A stretch of DNA of 64,000 bases from Candidatus Omnitrophota bacterium (GCA_041650835.1 JBAZKL010000003.1:291682-355681), one strand, 5' to 3'. Shown: positions 17,188 through 27,397, counted from the stretch's first letter. A program made the numbers and translations. The notes: generated by a model from the letters alone, not told the origin.

Positions 17188-19324
17188 TCTTAAAAAGATC
17201 TTTTTCTCCCGGCCTCAAAGCCTTATGTTCGCGTGTGCCCTTTACCTGGGCGCTTGTTTTTTTTCAAGGCCCTTTGCTCCCTTTGCTTTCGGGCAGGACA
17301 ACGACCTTGAATTCACGATTGATGTCTCATCCAATGTCAGCGTGCTCCCCTCGGTATTTAAGCCGAGCATCGACCTGAGCGGCCGCGGTTACCATAACGA
17401 TATTTCCTGGCCGCAGGAGCTCGCGGCGAAGAATGTCCTGGAATCATGGGCGACCGATGTCGGTTTCAAGGGCATGTACCGGCTGCAATACAACCTTTGG
17501 CAGATCAACCAGCTGGCTAAAGACAAAGCGGCGCAGGAAAAGCTTATCGCCAATTACGAATGGATCATTAAAAAAGTCAGCGACGCCGGCGGCACCGTTA
17601 TCCTGGACCTCTTCGGCATGCCTCCGGGCCTGGGGAAAGTCCTCGATAAAAAAAGCGCGCCCTGGAACCTGAACGCCTTTAAAAAGCTCGTCAAGAGCAG
17701 GATCAGGGATTTAAGCTGCAATAAGAAATATAATATCTGGTATGAAGTCTGGAGCGCTCCCGACCTGGGGGACTTTTTTTTAGGCAGAAAGCAGGAATAT
17801 TTAAACCTTTATAAAGCGGTCGCGGAAGCCGCGCGGGAACTTGAGAATGAGACCAAGGCCTCGATCCCCGTCGGCGGCCCGAGCACGAGCTGGTGGTTCC
17901 AGAACTTCGACGGTAACGCTATCGTTAACCCCGAGAACAGCCTGATCTATGAGCTGATCAAGTTTTGCTTCCGTTACAAATTGCCTCTGGATTTCATCTC
18001 CTGGCACGCGTATTCGACCGATCCTTCGGTAGAGCGCGAAATAACTTCATATAACAAGACGCCTCCGGCGCTCGTGCGCGACTGGCTCAGTTATTTTAAA
18101 CTGAATAAGGATATCCCGCTCATTGTCGACGAATGGAATTTCGACAGCGGCGATAATGTCCTTTCCGAACGCAAAGAAAATTCATTCGTCTGCGCCAGCT
18201 ATATCCCCAGCAGGATCAAGAACATGTATAAGGCGGGGCTTGATTACCAGCTGTTCTTTTCATTGGAAGATTTTCAGGACAATATGGAAGGGGTCAAACG
18301 TAACGTCGGCGTTTTCTGGTTTGAGCAGGATTCCCCGAATTACCAGGGAGGGCATAAGTCGATATATAATATGTTCCGCATGCTTTCAACCCTCGGTAAT
18401 ACTTTGGTGGCGTCATCTTCAAAGGCCGGCGACGAATTTATCGACCTCATAGCCACGAAAAAAGACAATGAAGTCGTTATCCTGGTCTATAATTATATCG
18501 ACCCGGATATTTTTACCAATTACCTGACGAGGAATATCGCCAGTTTGAATAAGGCCGAACGCGCCATTATGGTCAGTCTCCTGAGCCAGAACCAGCTCGA
18601 GAAGATCATGCGTAAGGAATTGGATTTCTCGCGCATGCACGCCCACAATAAGTATAACAAGGTTAAGAACATACTCAAGCGCGCCCAGGAATTAAACGAC
18701 CGCGCCACAAAATACAAGTTTTACGCGCGCAAGATCGATGTGACGGTCAAGAACCTTAACCGCCTGAGCGCCGCGGGGGATGCCCCCCGCCAGGAGCAGC
18801 CTTCTGCGGCGGCAGAGAAGGCGAAGTATATATACCAGCGTTATATTATTGATTCCTCCTGCAGCATGAATTGTAATTTTGTCCCTATCGAGGAAAAAGA
18901 GGTCGTGGTCAACGGCAATTACCGGGAATCATTTATCGTTAATCCCTATTCCGTCAATATGATCATTTTAAAGAAGAAGCCAAAGGAGCCTGAGCCGCCT
19001 GTAGTCGTTGTCGAAGAGCAAAAAGCCGTGGAAGCGCCTGCGGGTACTGTGGAATCAAATGGAGAGAAGCCTGTTGCTTCTGCCCCGGCGGCGCAAAACA
19101 ACGCGCCTGTTGCTCAGCAGCCTGAAGCTAGGAAAGCCCCTGCGGTAAAGAACGGGGCGGCCGCGCCTGCCGCGCAGGAGTTAACGGCTCCCGCGGCAAT
19201 AAAGAACGGCTTGGAGCATAAACCCGCGGCCCCGGCGCAGCCTGAAGCGAAGAAGCCGGTACCCGCCGCGGTGCTGAAAGATGAACCATCCGTTGATACG
19301 CAAACGCAAGAGCAGAGTGAATAA
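17180..19324 (+). CDS. Secreted hypothetical protein, possible glycoside-hydrolase-like domain, Pro/Ala-rich low-complexity C-terminal tail
   Basis: Signal-peptide-like N-terminus. Central region has TIM-barrel GH-like motifs (EVWSAPD, DEWNFDSG) but no firm family assignment. The C-terminal roughly 110 aa are P/A/E/K-rich. Confidence 0.4.
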   Translation: MNNLKKIFFSRPQSLMFACALYLGACFFSRPFAPFAFGQDNDLEFTIDVSSNVSVLPSVFKPSIDLSGRGYHNDISWPQELAAKNVLESWATDVGFKGMYRLQYNLWQINQLAKDKAAQEKLIANYEWIIKKVSDAGGTVILDLFGMPPGLGKVLDKKSAPWNLNAFKKLVKSRIRDLSCNKKYNIWYEVWSAPDLGDFFLGRKQEYLNLYKAVAEAARELENETKASIPVGGPSTSWWFQNFDGNAIVNPENSLIYELIKFCFRYKLPLDFISWHAYSTDPSVEREITSYNKTPPALVRDWLSYFKLNKDIPLIVDEWNFDSGDNVLSERKENSFVCASYIPSRIKNMYKAGLDYQLFFSLEDFQDNMEGVKRNVGVFWFEQDSPNYQGGHKSIYNMFRMLSTLGNTLVASSSKAGDEFIDLIATKKDNEVVILVYNYIDPDIFTNYLTRNIASLNKAERAIMVSLLSQNQLEKIMRKELDFSRMHAHNKYNKVKNILKRAQELNDRATKYKFYARKIDVTVKNLNRLSAAGDAPRQEQPSAAAEKAKYIYQRYIIDSSCSMNCNFVPIEEKEVVVNGNYRESFIVNPYSVNMIILKKKPKEPEPPVVVVEEQKAVEAPAGTVESNGEKPVASAPAAQNNAPVAQQPEARKAPAVKNGAAAPAAQELTAPAAIKNGLEHKPAAPAQPEAKKPVPAAVLKDEPSVDTQTQEQSE

Positions 19325-19334
19325 AAATAAAGAT

Positions 19335-20648
19335 ATGACTCATGACCTTTTTTCTCAACCCGGTGAAAAAAAACCTGACAGGCATGTTTTCTCGGTTTCG
19401 GAAATTACCCAGGGGATAAAATTCACCTTGGAAAGCACCTTTAACGAAATTTGGGTGGAAGGGGAGATCTCGGGAGTGTCGCGGATCTCTACCGGAACGG
19501 TTTTCTTCTCCCTTAAAGACGATAAAAGTATTTTGAAATGCGTGATATTCTATTCTTTTTCCCGCGCCCTTAAAGTTGAGATCAAGGACGGCATGAAGGT
19601 GATCTGTTTCGGGCGGGTGAGCGTTTATGAGAAAGACGGCAAATACCAGCTGTATGTCGAAAGCCTCGAGCCCAAAGGTATCGGGAGCCTGCAGCTGGCG
19701 CTGGAGCAATTGAAAGAAAAGCTGGAAAAAGAGGGATTGTTCGCCCCTGAGGGTAAAAAGCCCATCCCCTATCTTCCGTCGCGTATCGGGGTGGTGACCT
19801 CTCCGACGGGAGCGGCGGTCCGCGATATGCTCAAGGTCCTCAATGGGCGCTTTAAGGATGTGCATATCATTATAAATCCCGTGCGCGTCCAGGGGGAAGG
19901 CGCAAAAGAAGAGATCGCCCAGGCGATCGATGAGTTTAACCGCTGGGGAAATATCGACGTGATGATCGTCGGCCGCGGCGGCGGCAGTATTGAGGATCTA
20001 TGGGCTTTTAATGAGGAGATCGTCGCGCGGGCAATATACCGTTCAGCGATACCGGTCATTTCCGCGGTAGGCCATGAGCGGGACTGGACCGTCGCCGATC
20101 TTGTCGCCGATAAGCGCGCGGCAACTCCGTCGGTCGCGGCGGAAATGGTCATCCCTAAAAAAGAAGATTTACTGGAACAGCTCGAAGCTTTGGTAAAACA
20201 GCTTAAGAGATCGTTGTCCGATCTTTCTGTCGGCCTGCAGGAAGACTTGGACGGCTTGGCGCACCGGTTGCGCATAGCGTGCGATCACGCGCTGGAATTA
20301 AACGCGCGGCAGCTGGAATCGACGATAAAGAAGCTCTCTTTGTTGAATCCGGTTGTTTTGATCCCGCAATACAAGACAAAGGCGCTTGACCTGGCAAGGC
20401 AGATGTATGTCCTCCTCAGGCATTCGCTCGCGTTGAAAGAATCGGGTTTTACCAAGGCAATAGAAAAATTATCGAATTTGAATCCTTTGAATATCCTCTC
20501 GCGCGGCTATAGCGTTACTTTTAAAGTCCCCGGGTTAAGCGTTGTCAAAGACGCATCCGTGCTTAAGAAGGACGATGTTATTAAAACGCGGCTCCATCAG
20601 GGGAGCGTGATAAGTAGAGTGGAAGAAGTTGAGAAGGATGGAGAATAA
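19335..20648 (+). CDS. xseA: Exodeoxyribonuclease VII large subunit
   Basis: OB-fold N-terminus (VSEITQGIKFTLESTFNEIWVEGEIS) and the conserved catalytic core. Start set at the ATG giving MTHDLF because the upstream part overlaps the previous gene. Confidence 0.85.
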   Translation: MTHDLFSQPGEKKPDRHVFSVSEITQGIKFTLESTFNEIWVEGEISGVSRISTGTVFFSLKDDKSILKCVIFYSFSRALKVEIKDGMKVICFGRVSVYEKDGKYQLYVESLEPKGIGSLQLALEQLKEKLEKEGLFAPEGKKPIPYLPSRIGVVTSPTGAAVRDMLKVLNGRFKDVHIIINPVRVQGEGAKEEIAQAIDEFNRWGNIDVMIVGRGGGSIEDLWAFNEEIVARAIYRSAIPVISAVGHERDWTVADLVADKRAATPSVAAEMVIPKKEDLLEQLEALVKQLKRSLSDLSVGLQEDLDGLAHRLRIACDHALELNARQLESTIKKLSLLNPVVLIPQYKTKALDLARQMYVLLRHSLALKESGFTKAIEKLSNLNPLNILSRGYSVTFKVPGLSVVKDASVLKKDDVIKTRLHQGSVISRVEEVEKDGE

Positions 20649-20651
20649 GTA

Positions 20652-20762
20652 TAAAGGTTAAAGAACAAAGGAAATTCAAAGGTCAAAGGTTTAATTTTAA
20701 AATTTAACCTTAAATCTTTAGCCTTGCTTTGTTATTTAGACTTTATACTTTAGAATTAATAT
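20652..20762. repeat. MITE-like imperfect palindromic element, copy 2
   Basis: AAGGTTAAAGAACAAAGGAAATTCAAAGGTCAAAGG...TTAACCTTAAATCTTTAGCCTTGCTTTGTTATTTAGACTTTATACTTTAGAAT; same family as 16255-16398. Confidence 0.6.
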
Positions 20763-20797
20763 ACGGTTATATTCAGTGTAATAAACAGGGGGGAAGA

Positions 20798-21058
20798 ATG
20801 TCGGAAACAAAATTTGAAGACGCGTTAAAGAAGCTGGAAAAGATAGTCGAAGACCTGGAAAAAGGCGATTTGTCGCTCGATGAGGCGTTAAAGAAATATC
20901 AGGACGGCATTGAATTATCGCGCCTGTGCTCCCAGCGCCTGGATACGGCTAAGAAAAAGATCGATATGCTGGTCAAGAACAAAAAAGGCGAATTCGAATT
21001 AAAAGCCTTTGATGAGGGCCAGGTGGAAGAGGACGATGATAAAAAAAGAAATACCTAA
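20798..21058 (+). CDS. xseB: Exodeoxyribonuclease VII small subunit
   Basis: MSETKFEDALKKLEKIVEDLEKGDLSLDEAL is the typical XseB N-terminus; internal start of ORF 20729..21058. Confidence 0.8.
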   Translation: MSETKFEDALKKLEKIVEDLEKGDLSLDEALKKYQDGIELSRLCSQRLDTAKKKIDMLVKNKKGEFELKAFDEGQVEEDDDKKRNT

Positions 21059-22934
21059 ACCTTCTGTAGCTTCGTGCGGCTGCCGCGTCTCTCTTGATTC
21101 TATAGAGTGCCCCGCGGACCTCAAAAAGCTCACCTTTGACCAGTTGTCTCAATTGGCCGCGCAGGTGCGTAAACGCATGATCGATGTCGTTTCCAGGAAC
21201 GGAGGCCATTTGGCCTCCAGCCTCGGGACGGTGGAGTTGATCATGGCGCTGCATTATTGTTTTAACGCCCCTGAAGATAAGATCGTTTTTGACGTCGGCC
21301 ACCAGGCCTACGCGCATAAAATACTCACCGGGCGTAATAAGAATTTCGACAGCCTGCGCAAGCACCTGGGGATAACGGGCTTCCCCTGTAAAGAAGAGTC
21401 GCCCTACGATATTTTTACTACCGGACACTCCTCCAACGCTATTTCCCTGTCACTCGGGTTAGTCGCCGCCCGGGACAGCCAGAAGCAGTCGTATAGGGTT
21501 GCCGCGGTCATCGGCGACGGCTCCTTGAGCGGGGGCTTATGCTTTGAGGGCCTGAATAACGCGGGCCATCTGAAAAAAGACATCCTCATCGTTTTGAATA
21601 CCAATGAATTAAGTATCGCTCCTAATGTCGGCTCGTTAAGCACCTATCTGAACAAGGTCATTTCATTGCCGCTCTATAACCGTTTCAGGGATTCTCTTGA
21701 AGGCTTTGTGAAATCGCGTATCCCTAAAGGCCGCCGTTTGATCACCATCGCCAATAAATTCGAAGAAGGCCTGAAGGGGCTCTTTGTTCCGGGAATGCTC
21801 TTTGAAGAATTAGGCTTTCGTTATTTCGGCCCCTTCGACGGGCATAACCTGCATACGCTTATCCCGGCGCTCAAGAACATCCTGAATATTAAAGGGCCGC
21901 GCCTCGTGCATATCATTACGAAGAAGGGCAAGGGTTACGCGCCGGCGGAAAATGACCCGGTACGCTTTCACAGCGCCGGGCCTTTTGAAATAGCTACCGG
22001 AAAGCCTCTCGCCGGTGGATCTTCCGGGGCCAAGAGCTACACGGAAGTCTTCAGCAATAAAATTGTCGCTATGGCGGAGGAGAACCCCAGGATCGTGGCG
22101 ATCACTGCCGCGATGCCGGAAGGTACGGGCTTGGATAAATTCCGGGACCGTTTTCCTGAGCGCTTCTTTGATGTAGGCATTGCCGAAGCCCACGCGGTCT
22201 GTTTTGCCGGAGGATTGGCCGCCGGAGGCTTTAGGCCGGTCGTGGCGATATATTCTACTTTTCTGCAGCGGGCAATCGACCAGGTCGTCGAAGATGTGGC
22301 GCTGCAGAAATTACCGGTGGTTTTCGCTCTTGACCGCGCCGGCGTTGTTGGAGAAGACGGCGCGACGCATCAGGGTATTTATGATATCGCGTTTTTGCGC
22401 ACTATCCCGAACCTGACGATCATGGCGCCTGCCGACGCTGCGGAATTTGAGAAAATGCTTGAACTGGCTTGCGGCTCGGATATGCCGTCGGTGATACGCT
22501 ATCCTAAAGGAATATGCCCGGTCTCCGACCGGCAGGGGAGCGCTTTAGAAAAAGGCAAGGCTGAAGTGATCAGGACGGGAAAGAATTGCTGCCTGATCGC
22601 CTTAGGGAGCATGGTTACGGTCGCCTGTGAAGCAGCCGCCTTGTTAGAGAAGCAGGGAATTTCCGTCACGGTCATAAACGGGCGTTTTGTAAAACCATTG
22701 GACGTCGCTTTGTTTAAGGATGCCGCGGCAAAGTATAAATATATATTCAGTATAGAAGAAGGAGTCATCGACGGTGGTTTTGGCAGCGCGGTCAGCGAAG
22801 CGATCAATAAGCAGGTCGTCAGGATAGGGTTACCTTCGGAATTCCTTCAGCACGGAAAAAGAGAGATCTTGTTAGAGAAATACGGCTTGACGAAGGAAGG
22901 GATTGTTAAAGCGGTATTGCAGCATGTGCGGTGA
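21036..22934 (+). CDS. dxs: 1-deoxy-D-xylulose-5-phosphate synthase
   Basis: GGHLASSLGTVEL TPP-binding region and transketolase-like pyrimidine and C-terminal domains. Start approximate (MIKKEI). Confidence 0.9.
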   Translation: MIKKEIPKPSVASCGCRVSLDSIECPADLKKLTFDQLSQLAAQVRKRMIDVVSRNGGHLASSLGTVELIMALHYCFNAPEDKIVFDVGHQAYAHKILTGRNKNFDSLRKHLGITGFPCKEESPYDIFTTGHSSNAISLSLGLVAARDSQKQSYRVAAVIGDGSLSGGLCFEGLNNAGHLKKDILIVLNTNELSIAPNVGSLSTYLNKVISLPLYNRFRDSLEGFVKSRIPKGRRLITIANKFEEGLKGLFVPGMLFEELGFRYFGPFDGHNLHTLIPALKNILNIKGPRLVHIITKKGKGYAPAENDPVRFHSAGPFEIATGKPLAGGSSGAKSYTEVFSNKIVAMAEENPRIVAITAAMPEGTGLDKFRDRFPERFFDVGIAEAHAVCFAGGLAAGGFRPVVAIYSTFLQRAIDQVVEDVALQKLPVVFALDRAGVVGEDGATHQGIYDIAFLRTIPNLTIMAPADAAEFEKMLELACGSDMPSVIRYPKGICPVSDRQGSALEKGKAEVIRTGKNCCLIALGSMVTVACEAAALLEKQGISVTVINGRFVKPLDVALFKDAAAKYKYIFSIEEGVIDGGFGSAVSEAINKQVVRIGLPSEFLQHGKREILLEKYGLTKEGIVKAVLQHVR

Positions 22935-23090
22935 TCGGCTCTCGGTTATCAGCCAACACGGGTACCGAGCACCGAGTATCGAGCATCGATAATTGAGATA
23001 TGTGTCATTGCGAGGAGCCCGTCGAAGTTTTTCTGGCGGGCGACGAAGCAATCTTTTTAAACATGGCTAAAAAAACTATAGATAAGAAGC

Positions 23091-23128
23091 TAAGGTGACT
23101 GTCACGTTTTTTGTGACTGTCACCTTAG
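23091..23128 (+). terminator. Double-palindrome hairpin TAAGGTGACTGTCACG-TTTTTT-GTGACTGTCACCTTA (GGTGAC-N-GTCACC family)
   Basis: Inverted repeat with a T-rich loop, and each arm is itself a palindrome. Family members also at 23364-23386, 27319-27358, 27654-27693, 34455-34490 and 34990-35024. Confidence 0.5.
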
Positions 23129-23143
23129 CTGATCTCGTAAAAC

Positions 23144-23347
23144 ATGGCTAAGATAACCATAGATAAGAATAGATGTAAAGGCTGTCTTTTATGCATCCGC
23201 TTTTGCCCCAAGGGCTCATTGCTGGTGGATGAAGATTTAAATGCCCGGGGTATCCGGCCGGTCAAATTTAAAGATGATGCTGAGTGCCTGGGCTGTATGA
23301 TGTGCGCTCTCATGTGCCCGGATTGTTGTATTGAGGTTTTTAAATAG
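23144..23347 (+). CDS. korD: 2-oxoacid:ferredoxin oxidoreductase delta subunit (2x[4Fe-4S] ferredoxin)
   Basis: 67 aa with two CxxCxxCxxxCP clusters, immediately upstream of the alpha, beta and gamma subunits. Confidence 0.7.
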   Translation: MAKITIDKNRCKGCLLCIRFCPKGSLLVDEDLNARGIRPVKFKDDAECLGCMMCALMCPDCCIEVFK

Positions 23348-23414
23348 AAAGTCTCAAGTCGAAGCTCAGGTGACTGTCACCTGAGCTGTGCGACCTGTGA
23401 CCGGTGACTGTGCT

Positions 23415-24488
23415 ATGACTAAACGAATTCTAATGACAGGCAACGAGGCTATTGCTGCCGGAGCTCTCCAGGCGGGATGCCGCTTTTACGCGGGATATCC
23501 TATTACGCCTCAAAATGAGCTGATCGCCTATATGGCAAAATATATGCCGCAGGCAGGCGGAGTCTTCATCCAGGCGGAATCGGAATTGGCCGCGATCAAT
23601 ATGGTCTTCGGCGCATCTGCCGCGGGCGCGCGGGCGATGACTTCATCATCCAGCCCGGGGATGAGCCTGAAGCAGGAAGGCATCTCTTATATCGCGGGCG
23701 CTGAGTTGCCCGCGGTGATCGTGAACATGATGCGCGGCGGCCCCGGATTAGGCAATATCGCTCCTTCCCAATCGGATTATTTTCAGGCGACCCGCTGCGG
23801 GCACGGCGATTACCATTCGATCGTTTTAGCGCCTGCAACGGTGCATGAAGCCTATTATGGCATGAGAGACGCCTTTGATCTGGCGGATAAGTACCGTACC
23901 CCCGTTATTGTCCTGGGAGACGGGATGCTCGGTCAGATGATGGAGCCTTTAGAGCTCACTCAGGCAGCAGCTGAAAGTAGCGAGTATAAAAAAGACTGGG
24001 CATTGAGCGGATGCGCCGGCCGGCCGGCCAATGTCGTCAAATCGTTTTATTTGCATGAAGGAAAATTAGAGGAATTTAATTTACTTTTACAAAAGAAATA
24101 CAAGCGTATCAAAGAAAAAGAGCAGCGCGCTGAAAGTATCCTGACGGATGATGCCGAGATCATTTTGGTCGCCTATGGCTCAATGGCGCGGATCGCTAAA
24201 ACCGCGGTGAAAACTTTACGCGCTCAAGGCGTCAAAGCCGGATTGATCCGGCCGATCAGCTTATGGCCTTTTCCCGAAGCCGTATTCAAGAAATTAGCTG
24301 CCGGCAGGAAAAAAAGGTCGTTACTGGTTGTGGAAATGTCCTATGGACAAATGATCGAAGATGTCCGCTTATCAATAGGCGATAGGTTCCCGGTTGAGTT
24401 CCTGGGGCGCGGCGGCGGCGGAGTGCCGTCGGAAAAAGAGATCATCGTCAAGGTTAAGCATTTAACAGGCAAAAAATCACATCGATGA
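23415..24488 (+). CDS. korA: 2-oxoacid:ferredoxin oxidoreductase alpha subunit
   Basis: MTKRILMTGNEAIAAGALQAGCRFYAGYPITP is typical of the KorA/PorA N-terminus. Confidence 0.85.
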   Translation: MTKRILMTGNEAIAAGALQAGCRFYAGYPITPQNELIAYMAKYMPQAGGVFIQAESELAAINMVFGASAAGARAMTSSSSPGMSLKQEGISYIAGAELPAVIVNMMRGGPGLGNIAPSQSDYFQATRCGHGDYHSIVLAPATVHEAYYGMRDAFDLADKYRTPVIVLGDGMLGQMMEPLELTQAAAESSEYKKDWALSGCAGRPANVVKSFYLHEGKLEEFNLLLQKKYKRIKEKEQRAESILTDDAEIILVAYGSMARIAKTAVKTLRAQGVKAGLIRPISLWPFPEAVFKKLAAGRKKRSLLVVEMSYGQMIEDVRLSIGDRFPVEFLGRGGGGVPSEKEIIVKVKHLTGKKSHR

Positions 24489-25213
24489 ATAAAATATACA
24501 GCCACCCTCGAGCGTTACGCGCGTCATCCACGCACTATTGTCCCGGCTGCGGGCATGGGATAGCGCACCGGCTTGTCGCTGAAGTTATTGACGAGCTGGG
24601 CATCCGGGAGAGCGTGATCGCGGTAGCTCCCGTCGGCTGCGCGGTGGTCGCCTATGATTATTGGGATTTTGATTGTTCGGAAGCAGCGCACGGCCGGGCG
24701 CTGGCTGTGGCAACCGCGATAAAGCGCGTGCGGCCGCGGAATATTGTCTTTACCTATCAGGGCGACGGTGATCTGGCGGCGATAGGGACTAATGAGACTA
24801 TCCATGCCGCCAACCGCGGAGAAAAACTGACCGTCATTTTTATCAATAATGCCATTTACGGGATGACCGGCGGCCAGATGGCGCCGACAACGCTTTTGCA
24901 GCAAAAGACGGCAACGACCCCGCTGGGCAGGGACGCCGCGCTGCAGGGGTATCCGCTCAAAATCTCAGAAATGCTGGCTTTGTTGAACGGCGTTAAATAT
25001 GTCGAACGTGTTTCTATGCATTCGCCGCAGGAAGTAGTAAAAGCTAAAAAAGCGATTAAGCAGGCGTTCCAGAACCAGATCGACGGTATCGGCTTCTCGC
25101 TGGTCGAGGTGATATCTCCGTGCCCGACGTATTGGGAGATGCCGCCGGCGCAGGCCCTTGATTGGATAAAGAATACTATGCTCAAAGAATTTCCTTTAGG
25201 ACGGATCAAATGA
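24485..25213 (+). CDS. korB: 2-oxoacid:ferredoxin oxidoreductase beta subunit (TPP-binding)
   Basis: YCPGCGHG motif and GDG TPP-binding region; start overlaps the korA stop. Confidence 0.85.
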   Translation: MNKIYSHPRALRASSTHYCPGCGHGIAHRLVAEVIDELGIRESVIAVAPVGCAVVAYDYWDFDCSEAAHGRALAVATAIKRVRPRNIVFTYQGDGDLAAIGTNETIHAANRGEKLTVIFINNAIYGMTGGQMAPTTLLQQKTATTPLGRDAALQGYPLKISEMLALLNGVKYVERVSMHSPQEVVKAKKAIKQAFQNQIDGIGFSLVEVISPCPTYWEMPPAQALDWIKNTMLKEFPLGRIK

Positions 25214-25776
25214 CGGAGAAGATCATTATCGCCGGCGCCGGAGGACAGGGTATCATGCTTTTAGGCAAGATCCTGGCAGAGGCCGCGATGCGGGAAAACC
25301 GCTTTGTTACCTGGCTGCCCGCGTATGGCGCCGAAGTCAGGGGCGGGACAGCGCATTGTATGGTGATTATTTCCGATGAAGAGATCGGCTCTCCTTCGAT
25401 CAGTGTCGCCGACAGCTTGATCGTCATGAACGCTCCTTCATACGCGCGTTTTAAGCCGCGGCTTAAAACGAAAGGCCTGCTGGTGGGAAACAGTACTTTG
25501 GTGAAGAATAATTTAGCTGTGCATTCTTCTGATTTATGGTATCCTTTTACGGATATCGCCTTGAAGCTGGAGAATGTGAAAGTGGCGAATATGATCGCGT
25601 TGGGGTGCTTTATCGCCCGGCGCCCTATCGTTGAAGTTGAGAATATCGCGCGGGTGATCGAGGAAATAGCCCCCGCGCACAAAAAAGACCTCATTGAGAT
25701 AAATAAACGGGCGCTCTCAGCCGGTATCGCGCTCGTTACAGAGGCAAATAAAAAGTCAGGAGAAAAAAATGGTTAG
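25210..25776 (+). CDS. korC: 2-oxoacid:ferredoxin oxidoreductase gamma subunit
   Basis: MTEKIIIAGAGGQGIM gamma-subunit motif; start overlaps the korB stop. Confidence 0.8.
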   Translation: MTEKIIIAGAGGQGIMLLGKILAEAAMRENRFVTWLPAYGAEVRGGTAHCMVIISDEEIGSPSISVADSLIVMNAPSYARFKPRLKTKGLLVGNSTLVKNNLAVHSSDLWYPFTDIALKLENVKVANMIALGCFIARRPIVEVENIARVIEEIAPAHKKDLIEINKRALSAGIALVTEANKKSGEKNG

Positions 25777-27100
25777 GGTACGCTTTGCTCCCAGTCCGAC
25801 GGGAAATCTGCACATCGGCGGAGCGCGCACTGCGTTATTTAATTGGCTTTACGCGAAAGCAAAAAAGGGAATATTTGTTTTAAGGATAGAAGATACCGAC
25901 CGGGAGCGTTCAAAGAAGGAATACCTGGATGAGATCGTATACAGCTTGAAATGGCTGGGTTTTGAGTGGGATGAGATCTATTATCAGAGCGAGCGCTTTG
26001 AGATCTACCACCAGTACGCCAAAAAGCTGGTTGACGCGGGTTTAGCGTACGTGGCTTCCTCCGATGATGAACAGGCGCAGAAGATCGTTAATAAAAAACA
26101 AGATGCCATAATTTTTAAGGTCACACCCCAGAAGATCAAGATCAATGACCTGATCAGGGGAGAGATCGAGTTTGACGCTGAAACCATCAAAGACCAGGTC
26201 CTGATCAAATCCGACGGCACGCCGACCTATAATTTCGCCTGCGTGGTCGATGACGCCCAAATGAAAATAACTCATGTTATCAGGGGCGACGACCATATTT
26301 CCAATACTCCCAAGCAGATACTTTTATATAAAGCGCTGGGGTTCCCGGTGCCGGAATTCGCGCACCTTCCTTTAATATTATCAAAGGCAGGCGGCAGGCT
26401 TTCTAAGCGTAAAGGCGCCACCGCGATCTCGGAATTCCACGCGATGGGCTATCTTTCCGCGGCGCTGGACAATTATTTACTGCTCCTGGGATGGTCTCCG
26501 GGAGGAAACCGCGAGATCGTCAGTATGGATGAAGCGATCAAACTCTATGACCTGAAGAATATCAATAAGACAGCGGCGGTGCTTGACCTGGATAAGCTGG
26601 ACTGGATGAACAACCAGTATTTGAAAAATGAGGACCCTGAGAAGTTGACCGATGAAGTTATCCCTGCGTTAGTTGAGAAGAAATATATCGATAAAGATAA
26701 TTTTGATAGAAATTATGTGGTTTCTTTGGTAAAATTGTTCCAGGGGAGGCTTACGACGATCAGCGATTTTGCCGATTGGGCGGATTTCTTCTTTGTGCGG
26801 GAGCCGGTGATCGACCCGGCGGCGCAGGAGAAATTCTTATCGAAAGACCTCTCAAAAGAGTTCGGACTTTTTATTAAAAGGCTGGAGAGCTTAGAGGTTT
26901 ACGATATTGCCAATATTGAAGCGGGTTTCCGCGCGATGGCAAAGGAGCTCGATCTTGAGCCTAAGGTTTTAATTCATCCGATCAGAGTGGCCCTTACCGG
27001 CAAGACCATCGGCCCGGGCCTTTTTGAAGTTATCTATTATTTAGGTATAGAGCGGGTAAAAGCGCGGCTGGGTAAATTTATAAAAAAGGAGCAGGGATGA
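25769..27100 (+). CDS. gltX: Glutamyl-tRNA synthetase
   Basis: Class I HIGG (LHIGGART) and KMSKS-like (RLSKRK) motifs. Confidence 0.9.
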   Translation: MVRVRFAPSPTGNLHIGGARTALFNWLYAKAKKGIFVLRIEDTDRERSKKEYLDEIVYSLKWLGFEWDEIYYQSERFEIYHQYAKKLVDAGLAYVASSDDEQAQKIVNKKQDAIIFKVTPQKIKINDLIRGEIEFDAETIKDQVLIKSDGTPTYNFACVVDDAQMKITHVIRGDDHISNTPKQILLYKALGFPVPEFAHLPLILSKAGGRLSKRKGATAISEFHAMGYLSAALDNYLLLLGWSPGGNREIVSMDEAIKLYDLKNINKTAAVLDLDKLDWMNNQYLKNEDPEKLTDEVIPALVEKKYIDKDNFDRNYVVSLVKLFQGRLTTISDFADWADFFFVREPVIDPAAQEKFLSKDLSKEFGLFIKRLESLEVYDIANIEAGFRAMAKELDLEPKVLIHPIRVALTGKTIGPGLFEVIYYLGIERVKARLGKFIKKEQG

Positions 27101-27276
27101 AGACGAAGGGATTATGTATCGCTTTAGGCCTTTTTTACTGTCTGGTGTTGCTCGGCGGTTGTAACACGGTATGTAAGACCACCAAAGGCGCGGCAGAAGG
27201 CGCCAAAGAAGGCGTAAAAGAAGACTGGAAAGCGGCGCAGGGCGCTGACGCCTGGATGAAAAAGAATTTGTGGTAG
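27097..27276 (+). CDS. Small putative lipoprotein (59 aa)
   Basis: ATG overlaps the gltX stop (ATGA). Signal peptide with lipobox LLGGC and a Lys/Ala-rich mature part; below the ORF-track size cutoff. Confidence 0.4.
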   Translation: MKTKGLCIALGLFYCLVLLGGCNTVCKTTKGAAEGAKEGVKEDWKAAQGADAWMKKNLW

Positions 27277-27318
27277 GGTTGTAGATACCAGGCTTCGCTA
27301 TTCTCTGTAATTGTTTAA

Positions 27319-27365
27319 AGCAAGGTGACTGTCACGCTGTTTGTGATTGTCACCTTGCTTTTTTT
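27319..27365 (+). terminator. Rho-independent terminator GCAAGGTGACTGTCAC-GCTGTTT-GTGATTGTCACCTTGC + T7
   Basis: 16-bp stem of the GGTGAC-N-GTCACC family followed by a run of 7 T; it terminates the gltX and lipoprotein transcript. Confidence 0.6.
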
Positions 27366-27397
27366 AGAGTAGTTCATTTTTATATAGCTGCGCGCGA

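Noticed and set aside
19128-19865. 245-aa minus-strand ORF spanning the 17180-19324 gene end and the xseA start
   Set aside because: Antisense to two co-directional + strand genes, one with clear XseA homology; Arg/His-rich nonsense translation.
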